Shown here piece by piece: positions 12,432 to 23,985 of a stretch of DNA of 64,000 bases. The notes beneath the pieces are model-generated. The model searched no databases and had not been told where the DNA came from. It saw only the letters and a program-made list of their open reading frames with translations. The translations under genes were made by a program, and so were the position numbers. The stretch is from positions 20,336,001 through 20,400,000 of the forward strand of contig NC_043010.1 in the NCBI RefSeq assembly GCF_006345805.1, given 5' to 3'. How positions within the stretch are numbered: position 1 is the first letter of the stretch; each line of letters starts with the position of its first letter. The DNA is from Octopus sinensis. Taxonomy: Eukaryota.

Positions 12432-14453
12432 TACATACATATATATATTTTTCCTAAGTATTACCACTTAAAAACTGAAATAGTTTAGGAAATAAATACA
12501 ATGCTGATGTAGACACAAAAATACTGTCAAAATGCTGTCATTTGATCTCCCCCTCTCCCCCCTCTCTCTCTTTCGAGTTCGTGGAATGTTTGGATTAATG
12601 TAATCTTAAACACAATCCTTTCACTCAAAACTGACTTCCACTTCGTTTCTGGGTCTTGGAATATTGAAATCCCCAAATTAGAAAAGGATGTTCATTACTT
12701 TATCAATAGTGAAAAGTAATTTTTGGCCATTCATGAAATAGGCACACATTGTGTATGCTGTCAACACACAAACACACAGAGTGAAAGAGAGAGAGAGAGA
12801 GAGAGAGAGGAAGAAAGAGATTATATATATATATATATTACGTTATTCATATTAATTCATATTAATTCAGACCATTTACTGTTCCAACCAGGAATGAAAT
12901 AAATTTGCAGTTCCATCTGAGCAACATTCATTCTATGCATTTGGTCTCTTTCCTCCTCCTTGCTTTGTTTTGCAAACATATAGATAGGAGAGGATATCTT
13001 GATGTCTCTCTTTTTTTTAATGTTTTCACATTATAGGGAAATAGATTTTTCCATTAGTTTTAATTAATTAACATAATAACAGCAGATAGAGATGACTTGC
13101 TCGTTATTTTTTTTTTCTTTTTCATCTTCCTCTCTTGTTTCCTTCTAATAAGGAACACCAGACAAATAAACAACAGTGTTTGAAATGATAATGATGCTAA
13201 CGGCTTTTAGTAGGTCACATGGTGAGTCAAATTTGGTAACGTTTGTCTTTTTTATTTTTATGCCAAATGGAATCTACACATTACACTAATATCTACCCCC
13301 TCTCCACTAATTCATTAATGAAATTTTACTGTTTCCAGGTAACTATTTCTTACAAATTTCCACAATTTAATTAACAAAACTCATATTTATTCAAACAGAT
13401 TTCACAGGAAAAAAAATTAAAATAATTAATATATTGAGACTTTTACACGAATAGTTCTGGGTTTAGCTTTAATCTGCATTAGGTCCTTGGCCATGGTTTG
13501 GGAGTTCCAAGGTTTTGATGAAAGTGGAACCACTGCTTAGCCATTATTGTTCCCAGGTCTAGTTTGAGTCAGAGGAGTAGCACTTGCCAAAATTCCAGTT
13601 ATTGGTTAAAAAGCATGGAACCACCCTGAAGCCAGGTCATGTTGAAATCATGCGATGCAGCTTGGTGGATGTAAACTGTTTTGACAGATAAACTTATTGA
13701 GTCAATGGTGAACATCACTAGAGGTGGAGGTGTGTGGTTTAGTGGTTGGACTCATGATTGTAAGATTGTGGTTTCAATTCCTGGACTGGGCGACGTGTTG
13801 TGTTCTTGAGCGAAACACTTCATTTCACATTACTCCAGTCCACTCAACTGGCAAAAATGAGTTAATCCTGCAATGGACTGATGGACTAGCATCATGTCCA
13901 GGTGGCGAATATATATATACCACGTAACCAGGAAACTGACCTTTATGGGTTGATATGACTCGAGAAGTGGACTTTTACTTTAGACATCACCAGATGCTGA
14001 ACGGATGAACAGGCAACAAACTGCTAATGGCCAGGGTCAACCAGTTCAATGGTCAGCTGTAATCATGATGTGTGCAAATGAGGTATTTCAGCCAGCAACA
14101 GACCAATATGATGAAAACCCAGTCTAAATATTCATGCTTCATCGCTCAGTTGGGACATTTGGCATGGAAGGGTTACATTGGTCTGGGCAAGTTGCCCAAC
14201 CGGGTTGAAGATGATTTACAAAAATATTATCATTCTTAGAATCATTACATTTCTTAGAGTTTTCCACATCTTAGTAGGAACACTGTATTTCATTATGAAA
14301 GGCTCCCAAATGGTGTGCTGAGGACCCTGGGGTGCCGTGAGATCAAATGAGAAGTGCTGCAAGATCAACCAAAGGGTACCGTGAAATATACATACATATG
14401 TGGTACCATGCTTGATCATTTAGAATCAAAAATACATATTGATATTATTTTAA

Positions 14454-14810
14454 CCCTTTCGTTACTGTATTTATTTTGAGATGCTCTTTATTTCTTTCAA
14501 TTACTTTTAATACAACAAAGAATTTAGTAAAATAACTTAGTTATCATTCAGCTAGTGTTAAGAACATAAATTGTGACTAAGGTTTGGTGGAAGATTTTAA
14601 TTCAAAACTTATGAAAACAAGACTTTTGTACTCAGAGCCAGAGCCAGTTTCAGCCAGGTTGGTATCAAAGGGGTTGAGAATTGTTTCTCTATTATATATT
14701 TTGACCCTTTTGTTACCATATTTCTGTTGAGATGATCTGTGTTTCTTCCAATTAATTTTAAATACAACTGAGCCAGAGGTGGTTTCAGTTGGGTTAGTAT
14801 CAAAAGGTTA
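14454..14810. mobile_element. piggyBac-type MITE plus an internally deleted tandem copy
   Basis: TTAA|CCCTTTCGTTAC...GGTATCAAAGGGG, followed by a shorter copy at ~14704-14808. Confidence 0.75.
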
Positions 14811-15332
14811 AGCTTTATATATCATCAGTTCAGATGGTGTATATCAGACATTTAGGTATTAAAATGGAAGAACCATTGGAGCTTCGTTGGTTGGAGTTAT
14901 GTTTATTATAGGGTGGGCCAGGAACCCCAGGGTGGGAATTACAAAAGGGCTGATGAATTGTCATATTTAATAAAAAAGAAAAATTTTTAAATGTGTCAAA
15001 CATCAAGGGAAGCTGGATTATATCATCATTATTGTTGTCATCATCACCATCATTTGACATACACTTTTCCATGCTTGCATGGGTCAGACGGAATTTGTAG
15101 TGGCAGATTTTCTACAGCTGGATGCCCTTCCTGTTGTCACCTATCACCTACTTCCAGGTAAGGTAATATATCTCCAGGAAACAAACAATATTGCTTGTAT
15201 AATAAAAGTGCTCATTTACAATCATTACAGGATGGGAAGACAAGGAGAGACATACACATACATATATGTGTATATGTGTGTGTGAGTATGTATATATATT
15301 TATATATGTATACATATATATTTATACATATA

Positions 15333-16805
15333 CAGTCTTGGTCAAAAGTATTAGGCTACCCCAATGTTTTGGGGTTCTGCTATCTCAATATGAATGAAAC
15401 TCTTGCATGTGGTAAATTATGGTATATTTCACAATATGCATTAGTTTTAATATCTGGTTGACTCTCTTTTAGCATCAATTACTGCTTTTATACTGTACTG
15501 TACTTATGCAACCAATTATGAGTTAGACCAACGTCCAAAATTAACTTATGTTTCCTTGATTATTTCAAAGTTTTATACTAAAATACACTGTGGATACAGT
15601 TAATAAGCAGTAAAAAGCCTCAAACAAGGGTGTTGAGTGAGTGTGAGTGAGGTCAGATCGTAGCTCATCATGAAGATAGAATGTCTCAAAGGAAAATTAC
15701 TCAGAAGATGAAATGTTCTCGATTCATGGTGCAAACGATTTTCAAGCACTTCAGAGAGACAAAAGATATGAAGACAATACAAAGAACAGGCAGAAAATAG
15801 GTTTCATCACCTCGTGATGACAAATCAATCATCTGTCAATCACTCAGAAACAGAAGAAAAACATTGTCGGAGCTCTGTGCAGACTTCAATGAGGCAAGTA
15901 CTTCACAAATATCAACCAGAACTGTTAGAAGAAGGCTTGTAAAGTACAGTATGAAAGGCTGTGAAGCTAGGAAGAAGCCATGGATTTCTGAAGCGAATAT
16001 GGAAAAATGTCTTCAGTGAGCCAAAGACCACTCAAATTGGACCAGTGAGCAATGGTTGAAAATCATATGGTCTGATGAATGTAACTATGAGGTAAAATAG
16101 TACAGGTATTCAATAAACATATAAACTTAATGTAACTGGTTTGTTGCCCAAAATATATAAAAAGGTATCCAACATAAAGCTAATATTATTTTTCATGTTT
16201 TTACTCAGGTTTTCAGTACATATGGTGCAACTTTCGTGCATTACAGAGTTGGGGAAGCATTTAAGGCTGAATGTCTGGTACCAACCGTGAAACATGGGGG
16301 TGGTTCTATCATGGTTCTGTCACAGGACCCAGAGAATGTAGAGCCATCAATTACTAAATTGCATCCAGAAGTGTCAGAAAACAGTGTTATCTTTCAACAG
16401 GACAACACTCCATGTCATACAGCAATGAATACTCATCAATGGTTTGAGACACAAATTATTCCCATGGACTGGCCAGCTCAATGTCCTGATCTAAATCTGA
16501 TTGAACACCTATGGAGAACTCTTGATGAAGCTCTCAGGAACAAAACAATCAAAAATAAAGAGCATTTGTATCAATAGTTGAGAGAAAAATGGAGTAAAAT
16601 TGCACCTAGCACCTGCAACAAACTAGTTGATTCAATGCCTAACTGTATGAAAGCAGTAATTGATGCTAAAGTAGCATGAACCAGATATTGAAACTAATGT
16701 ATAGTGTGAACTATACCATAATCTACCATGTGTACAAGTTTCATTAACATTGAGATAGCAGAACTCGAAAACATTGGGGTGGCCTAATACTTTTGGCCAA
16801 GGCTG
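15333..16805 (+). mobile_element. Tc1-family transposon with long (~170+ bp) TIRs and an intron-containing, decayed transposase
   Basis: TIR CAGTCTTGGTCAAAAGTATTAGGCTACCCCAATG and its reverse complement end at 16805, with TA TSDs. Exon 1 (~15617-16091) ends ...ISTRTVRRRL...RKKPWIS...IWSDECNYE. Exon 2 (from 16209) reads VFSTYG...TVKHGGGSIMV...FQQDNTPCH...WPAQCPDLNLIEHLW. Confidence 0.93.
16092..16208 (+). other. Putative 117-bp phase-0 GT-AG intron in the Tc1 transposase
   Basis: GAG|GTAAAA donor, CTAAT branch-like motif at ~16180, polypyrimidine tract and TTACTCAG| acceptor. It contains an in-frame TAG. Removing it restores the WSDE..VF...VKHGGG spacing. Confidence 0.8.
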
Positions 16806-16849
16806 TATATGTATATACATACATACATATGTATATACATCATCATCAT

Positions 16850-17160
16850 CATCATCATTTAATGTCCATTGTCCATGCTGGCATGGGTTGGATGGTTTGA
16901 CCAGAGCTGGCAAGCTGGAGAGCTGCACCAGACTCCAGTCTGATTTGGCATAGTTTCTATGGCTGGATGCTCTTCCTAACGCCAACCACCCCAAGAGTGT
17001 AACAAGCGCTTTTATGTGCCGCCGGCATGGGTGCCATTTGGGTGGCACCAGTATCTGCCACGACTGTGATTTTACTTGGCTTGACGAGTTTTCTTCTCAA
17101 GTACGACATCATGCCAAGGTCTCGGTCATTTGTCATTGCTTCCGTGAGACCCAACATTCA
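16850..17160 (-). mobile_element. RTE LINE 3' end fragment
   Basis: LGLTEAMTNDRDL plus the shared 3' UTR and (GAT)n tail. Further UTR-only copies of this tail lie at ~3440-3580, 17440-17795, 45100-45345, 45870-46235, 49545-49825, 52340-52565, 55555-55790 and 61915-62185. Confidence 0.8.
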
Positions 17161-17883
17161 TAGGGTTGGTCCAAGGCTATAATAGAAGACACTTTCCCAA
17201 GGTGCCATGCAGTGGGGCTGAAACCAGAACTATGTGGTTGGGAAGCAAACTTCTTACAACACAGCCACACCTGCGACTATTCATATGCGAAAGACTTCTT
17301 CCAGTTTGTGCCACCAATTCTACTCACGAGGCTTTGGTCAGTCAATCGGCCTGGAGTAGAAAATATTTGCTTGAGGTGCTGAATAGAGGAACTGAAACTA
17401 AGACAACATGGTTGAAATGCAAACTTCTTAACCACACAGTTTGAGTGTTGTTGATGCCAGTGCTGCCTGTCTGGCCCCTGTGCTGGTGGCATGTAAAAAG
17501 CACCATTCAAGCGTGGTCGATGCCAGTGCCATCTGACTGGCTCCCGTGCTGGTGGCACGTAAAGCGCACCATTCGAGCATAGTTGATACTAGTCCCACCT
17601 GACTGGCCTCCGTGCTGGTGGCATGTAAAATGCACTTGCTACACTCTCAGAGTGGTTGGCATTAGGAAGGCCATCCAGCAGTAGAAACCCTGCCAGATCA
17701 GATTGGAGCCTGGTGTAGCCTCCTGGCTTGCCAGTCCTCAGTCAAACCGTCCAGCCCATGCCAGGATAGAAAGTGGATGTTAAACAATGATGATGATAAT
17801 GACAAAAAAAAAATGTTTTCACTAATTTTTGGGGAGGGGTAGGGATTGGTTTTTGTCAGTTTGAGGACAACTTGGCTTGAATA

Positions 17884-18145
17884 GATGAAGGTATTCAAAA
17901 TGGTTCTGTATACTCTGGTTGAAATCCTGCTTAAATCAACTTTGCTCACTGAACATTTGAAATATATAGGATGTGTCTGAAACATACTAAATTAATGGGT
18001 GTAAGCATGGCTGTGTGGTAAGAAGCTTGCTTCCCAACTACATAGTTTTGGGTTCAGTCCCACTGCATGGTACCTTGTGCTTTGACCATAGACTCGGGCT
18101 CAACCAAAGCTTTGTGAGTGAATATGGCAGACAGAAATCTAAAGA
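17884..18145 (+). repeat. 262-bp local direct duplication, copy 1
   Basis: Matches 19763-20024 and consists of ~120 bp unique DNA plus a SINE head. Confidence 0.9.
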
Positions 18146-18168
18146 AGTCTGTTGTGTCTGTCTGTAGG

Positions 18169-18199
<31 letters not shown>

Positions 18200-18719
18200 C
18201 TCACCACTGCTTAACAACTGGTGATGGTATGTTTATGTCCTCACAGTGGACATAAATACCAGGCTTTAAAAAAAAGAAGTACAGGTGGTCAGCTTATTCA
18301 AATAAAAATTCTTCATGGGCACAGACTTGTCACTGAAACAAGTAATAGATGAAAGATAATGAAAGTCTAGCTCTGTGGTTCCCACCCAGGGTCCACATGG
18401 CCCCAAGGATCCTTATAAGATTTCTGGGGGTCCACACATGTAAAATAGTAAATTGGAGATCCTCAGCAGTCTTTTAGGGGTTCAGGAAAACAATTCTACT
18501 TTATTCTTTTACTCGGTTCATTCATTTAACTGTGCCCATGCTGGAGCACCACCTTTAGTTGAACAAATCGACCCCAGGACTTATTCTTTGTAAGCCTGCT
18601 GAACTGCTAAATCATGGGGATGTAAACACACCAACATCAGTTGTCAAGCGGTTGTGGGTGGACAAACACAGACACAAATAACAAACACATGCATACATAT
18701 ACACGACGGGCTTCTTTCA

Positions 18720-18921
18720 CAGTTCTATATTTAAGAGATGAGGAATTATGTACCTTATTTACATTTGATGGATATTCGTCCTCATCTTGCTTGTTGTTAA
18801 CACAACATTTCGGCTGATATATCCTCCCAAGACACCTGATGAAGGCTGGAGGGTATATCAGCCGAAACATTGTGTTAACAACAAACAAGATGAGGACAAA
18901 TATCCATCAAATATAAATAAT
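18720..18921. mobile_element. PLE-like terminal fragment with ~70-bp inverted arms and a hammerhead core, inserted in a SINE with a 12-bp TSD
   Basis: Direct repeat GGGCTTCTTTCA at 18708-18719 and 18922-18933 flanks the insert. Inverted arms lie at ~18757-18827 and ~18848-18918. CTGATGA..GAAA core at 18836-18867. Confidence 0.7.
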
Positions 18922-19762
18922 GGGCTTCTTTCAGTTTCCGTCTACCAAATCCACTCACAAAGTTTGGTCAGCCCAAGGCTATAGTGGAAGACACTTGCCC
19001 AAGGTGCCACATAGTGGGACTGAACCCGGAACCATGTGGTTGGTAAGCAAGCTTCTTACCACACAGCCACTCCTGTGCCTATTGCAAGAAACAGCTGGGT
19101 TTCTTCCTCTAATATTTTACGTATTTCAACCTACACAAGTTAATGAGTGAAAACTAAAACAGGAATTTTGAAAGAAGTTTCTATGGGGTTCCAGCAGAAT
19201 AAAATAGTAACCAAAGTGGTCCATAGATAAAAGAATGATTGGTAAGCTGGTAATCACTGCTGCTAAAGTATTTCCATAAGAACACTTCAGCAGGAACACA
19301 GAACAAATTCTTCTTTCTTCTTTCTATCATATTTCCTTTCCATTGAAATCTGATGACCTCAAAGTGCTTTCTTGTCTTTTGAATTCGAAACTAAATCAAA
19401 ATCCGTTAAAGGGTAAATGTTTCACTCACATGGTACCTTCAAACAAGGAACAAATGTTATTTATAAACCTCAAATATCTCAATGTTTGATGACAACACTT
19501 AAAATCACTTATAATGGGGGATGTAGTTTATCAATGGATAAGCACGAAATTTATTTAGGAAAATCCCTCTGAGACAGTTTAAGTGGATCATTCTCAGATA
19601 TCAATTGCATGAGGTAAAAAGGAAAATAAAAAGTGACAAAACGTAAAGTAAACTGGTTTGTGTGTTGGGTTGAGAAAGGACATCTGGCAATTTGGGCAGA
19701 ATTTTATTTTGTTGGAAATTAATGTAATATTCTCTTTTATAATGCAGGATCTCCATATTTCT

Positions 19763-20024
19763 GATGAAGGTATTCAAAATGGTTCTGTATACTCTGGTTG
19801 AAATCCTGCTTAAATCAACTTTGCTCACTGAACATTTGAAATATGTAGGATGTGTCTGAAACATACTAAATTAATGGGTGTAAGCATGGCTGTGTGGTAA
19901 GAAGCTTGCTTCCCAACCACATGGCTCTTGGTTCAGTCCCACTGCGTGGTACCTTGTGCTTTGACTATAGCCTCGGGCTCAACCAAAACTTTGTGAGTGA
20001 ATTTGACGGACAGAAATCTAAAGA
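19763..20024 (+). repeat. 262-bp local direct duplication, copy 2
   Basis: Offset 1879 bp from copy 1. Confidence 0.9.
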
Positions 20025-21169
20025 TTTGAGTTTGTCAAGCGACAACCAGTGTTGGTGTGTTTATGTCCCCATGACTTAGCGATCCAGAATAAGTCCCAGA
20101 CTTAAAGAAAATTGTTAAGGACTTTGGTTGATTCATTTTATTCTTTTGCTTGTTTCAGTCATTTTGACTGTGGCTATGCTGGAGCAACGCCTTGACTAAA
20201 AATTCTTCAAGAAGGTGCGCCAGCATGCCCACAGTCTAATGACTGAAACAAATAAAAAATATAAAAATAAAACTTAGATTAAATATAGAAAGATGACAGT
20301 CACAAGTGCATCACCCTAACCCCCAAGCCATGCTCGTGCATGCTGAAATACTATCTTCTTCTAAATATAAGTGTGAATTGAAGAACCTTTCTCTTTTATA
20401 TTTAGCACAGAAAATACCAGCTAAAAATAAAATCCCCAAACCAGTTCCTTATTGTCATGAAATCTCGTTACATAATCATTTATTAAGGTGATTATGGACG
20501 AGGTAATGATTATTTGCAACTCAAATTGGTGCACATTTTAGATGAGAGCTCCAAGCAGTGATGGAAGACGGATATAGATAAATATTAGAGAAGAAATTAG
20601 CTAATTTAATATGAATGTCTATTTTGACATCTGACATCACGTAGATGGTTCTAATTACATATTTGCGGATTAAGAATGCAAAATAAGCTTAACGGTTAAA
20701 TGAACTATGGAATGAGGTGTGGGCCTATAAATCATATGTTGGGTAACTTTCTGAAAGTAAATCTGTAAGTCTTACCTTTGAAATAAGTAATCAGTCATTC
20801 ACTCCTGTAAGGAATTGCTTGAAATATTAAGCATTTAAACTGGCTTTATGTTCTATCTTCAAACTGGCCAGATCCAGCCTCTCACACCTACCCTACAATG
20901 TCATTCTAAAAATAAACAATCACATCATCATCATCATCAACACCATTATCATCATCATTGTTATCATCATTGTCTCAGTTATTGATATCATGATTGTCCT
21001 TGTCATCATTTTCCTCCTCCTCCTCCCCTCTTCCTCTTTCCTGCTTGGAATGGTACTTTACTTTGAGCCAAATATTTCTCATATGATGGCAACTGTGTCC
21101 ATGGTACCACTTCCTGCTACAAAGTCAAGCTGCACCTCACCTATGTAGGTCCGACCCTCTTAGGAAATG

Positions 21170-21470
21170 ACACTCCACTGGTTACAATGATGAAGGTTCC
21201 AGTTGAACCAATTAATGGAACAGGCTGCTCGTGAAATTAACAGGCAACTGATGAAGCACGCCACAGACATGCGCAGCCGTCACATGGTCCTCAAGGAGAT
21301 TCAGCCATGGCAGAGAATGTAACAAGGCTGCCCCCTTTTGAATTACGGGTACAATACATTTTTGCCAGTTGAGTGAACTGGAGCAATGAGAAATGGAGTG
21401 TCTTGCTCAAGGACACAATGCACCCCCCAGGCATTGAACTCAGGACCTTACGACATGAATTGAATACCCT
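21170..21470 (-). mobile_element. tRNA-derived SINE (body shared with 44596-44970)
   Basis: B-box GAGTTCAATGCC and TTGAGCAAGACAC, then CTCCAGTTCACTCAACTGGCAAAAATG, also seen at 13723-13980 and 36706-36850. Confidence 0.65.
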
Positions 21471-21999
21471 TTTTCAACCTTTTTACCCTTGTGTAACCCT
21501 TAAAATATATCACATGTCTCAAGGAACCCTGCACAAAAAACTTATATACCATATCTTTCTCATATGTTTTTCATCGTAGTTCATGTGGTAAATAACAGAT
21601 ATATATAAGATTATATATATATATATATATATATTAATAACTGGTTTAAGAAAAAATGAATACTTCTTTGATAACCTAATAGGTTAGATAAGATGATGTC
21701 TATATTACAATAACCAATAATATGTTGTGCATGTATAGTAATATTATGATCATGAAATCAGCAGTCAGCTTATCTCACTCTTTGATAAGGATCTCATTCA
21801 GCAGTTACAAAAGATCATCACTCAAAACAGTTTGTCTTATAGAAACAAATTTATCACAGACATCACCATTTTTAAAAGGAAACCACAGCCAACATCTGAA
21901 TGACTTCACTGCATAAAGATATACTCCACAAATGCTTTACATTTCATAAACAACGGTGAATATGTTACATTTTAAAGTCTTTACTATATTTTTTGACAT

Positions 22000-22398
22000 G
22001 CAGGAGTGGATGTGTGGTAAGTAGCTTGCTTACCAACCACATGGTTCTGGGTTCAATCCCACTGTGTGGCACCTTGGCAAGTGTCTTCTACTATAGCCTT
22101 TGGCTGACCAAAGCCTTGTGAGTGGATTTGGTAGATGGAAACTGAAAGAAGCCCATCATATAAATATATGTATTTATATATGTGTGTGTGAGTATGTTTG
22201 TGTGTCTGTGTTTGTCCCCCCAGCGTCGCTTGACAACCAATGCTGGTGTGTTTACGTCCCCATAACTTACTGGTTTGGTTAAAGAGACTGATAGAATAAG
22301 TACTAAGCTTACAAAGAATAAGTCCTGGGTCGATTTGCTTGACTAAAGGCGGTGCTCCAGCATGGCCACAGTCAAATGACTGAAACAGGTAAAAGAGT
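22000..22398 (+). mobile_element. tRNA-headed CORE-type SINE (family A, OR-like), well-preserved copy
   Basis: A-box GGCTGTGTGGTAAG, B-box GGTTC..TCCC, CORE-like GCACCTTGG(G)CAAGTGTCTT, internal (TG)n, tail ...GACTGAAACA.GTAAAAGAG. More than 20 full or partial copies occur in the window. Confidence 0.85.
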
Positions 22399-23705
22399 AT
22401 ACAGAGTAAACATTTTGTGCAAACATTCAGGCCTTGGTCACCATCGTTTCCAATTCCTGTTGTATTTCACTTGGAAAGTTGTCTTTAATTCTACAACCAT
22501 AGATACCAAATTTAAATATGGACAACAGGAAGTTCAATACAGGGAGTTTAGAAGAGAGTAGTAGAAATGGGACCAGGGGTGAAATTTTCTGTGAGTTGCA
22601 ATCAAGAGGGTTAACACAACATGATCTTTGCAACTTTCTAAGCCATGTGGTGTTTCTGTGGTTAAAGTTTATTGATGTTAGGAAAGGAATTCTTAGTAGC
22701 ACTAGTGCTTGAGTGTGTCAATGTATGTGTGTATTTGTACGTGTGTAAATGCATTCACATAGACACACATGCACACGCATACAGCGAGGTATGTACATGA
22801 AAAGACAAATATGTGAAAGACAAGAAAAATAAAATGACAAAGTCTTAAGATAAATATGAAAGATAGAACTCATGGAATGAAAGACAGATAAGATTTAAGA
22901 GAACAATGGCAAACACAGACTGAATAAAGAAACATCGGGTATGGAGGACAGCAACATTACAGACATAAGTAACCAATGGAAATTGAGGTTACTGTTGTTG
23001 ATTTTGTTGTAGAAAGATGAGAGATGTAGACTTGGTGGGAAGGTTGTATTTTCTCAAATATTATATTTCCTTAAGCTGTCATTTTATATTACATAGCTGT
23101 AAGTTTTATGTCTTTGCTCTTCAGGCAAAACAGAGAAAGAGTGACAAGGAATTTGTTATTTTGAATATGTAGTAAAACTAGAAAGTAACATGGTTTTTGA
23201 ATGAGTGAAAAGAAAGCAGAAAGGAATTAGGAAAGAGGGAGCAATGTAAAAATAGTTATGAGGTTGGCCACCACATGTAGTCCTTGAAGCCTTCTCCACA
23301 AGACACACAGCCTAATATCTATTTAAAGTGCTGTCTCCATTATAGGTTCAGGAACAAGGGGGTGAAGGCGGTGCAAGCATACCCAGAGAAATTTTTTGAA
23401 GGGAGCAATAAAAATGCTTTGAGTGTCCCTCTGAGAAAAAAAAAAAGCCATTGCCAAAACAAACAAGCACAGGAACATTTTTACGAACTGGTTTGAAACA
23501 TTGCTTTTCCAATATTGGATTGATCTGATTTGGTTGACCCACCACCACAGGCACAGCAGCAGATATTTCGCTACTGCCCCAGCCACTTGCCTCCTTAAGC
23601 TTTCAGTCATACTGTAACATCTCTTATCCTTCATTTAGACTCTGGGTGTGTCTCGGCAAGTGATTGTAACAAACATACAGATTAAAAGTAAATAATAATA
23701 ATAAT

Positions 23706-23908
23706 TACGGAGATGTACTTGCATAGCAAGTGTCCTGATCTGAGATCGTGTGCTGGAACAAAAACAATTGCAGTGTGGAGGGTGTTTATAAGCCATTTAA
23801 GAAACACACAAAATCCGTTAGATTCACTTCAACATTTAAATTTAATTTGTCAAAATATTTTTGTCACTTTGAGACCACGACCTTTTCACTGACAAAATTC
23901 TGTGCTGC

Positions 23909-23909
<1 letters not shown>
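23706..23909 (-). mobile_element. Short repeat (putative PLE terminus) between (AAT)n arrays; diverged second copy at ~33731-33841
   Basis: 23788-23900 aligns with 33731-33841 (ccatttaagaaacac...gttagattcacttcaacatttaaat...ctgacaaaattc). On the minus strand both copies contain a degenerate hammerhead-like fold. Confidence 0.55.
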
Positions 23910-23969
<60 letters not shown>

Positions 23970-23985
23970 TACTAATAATAATGAT

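Noticed and set aside
22400-23640. Unique-looking DNA with short ORFs
   Set aside because: No motif is recognised, all frames are interrupted and there is no convincing splice pair.
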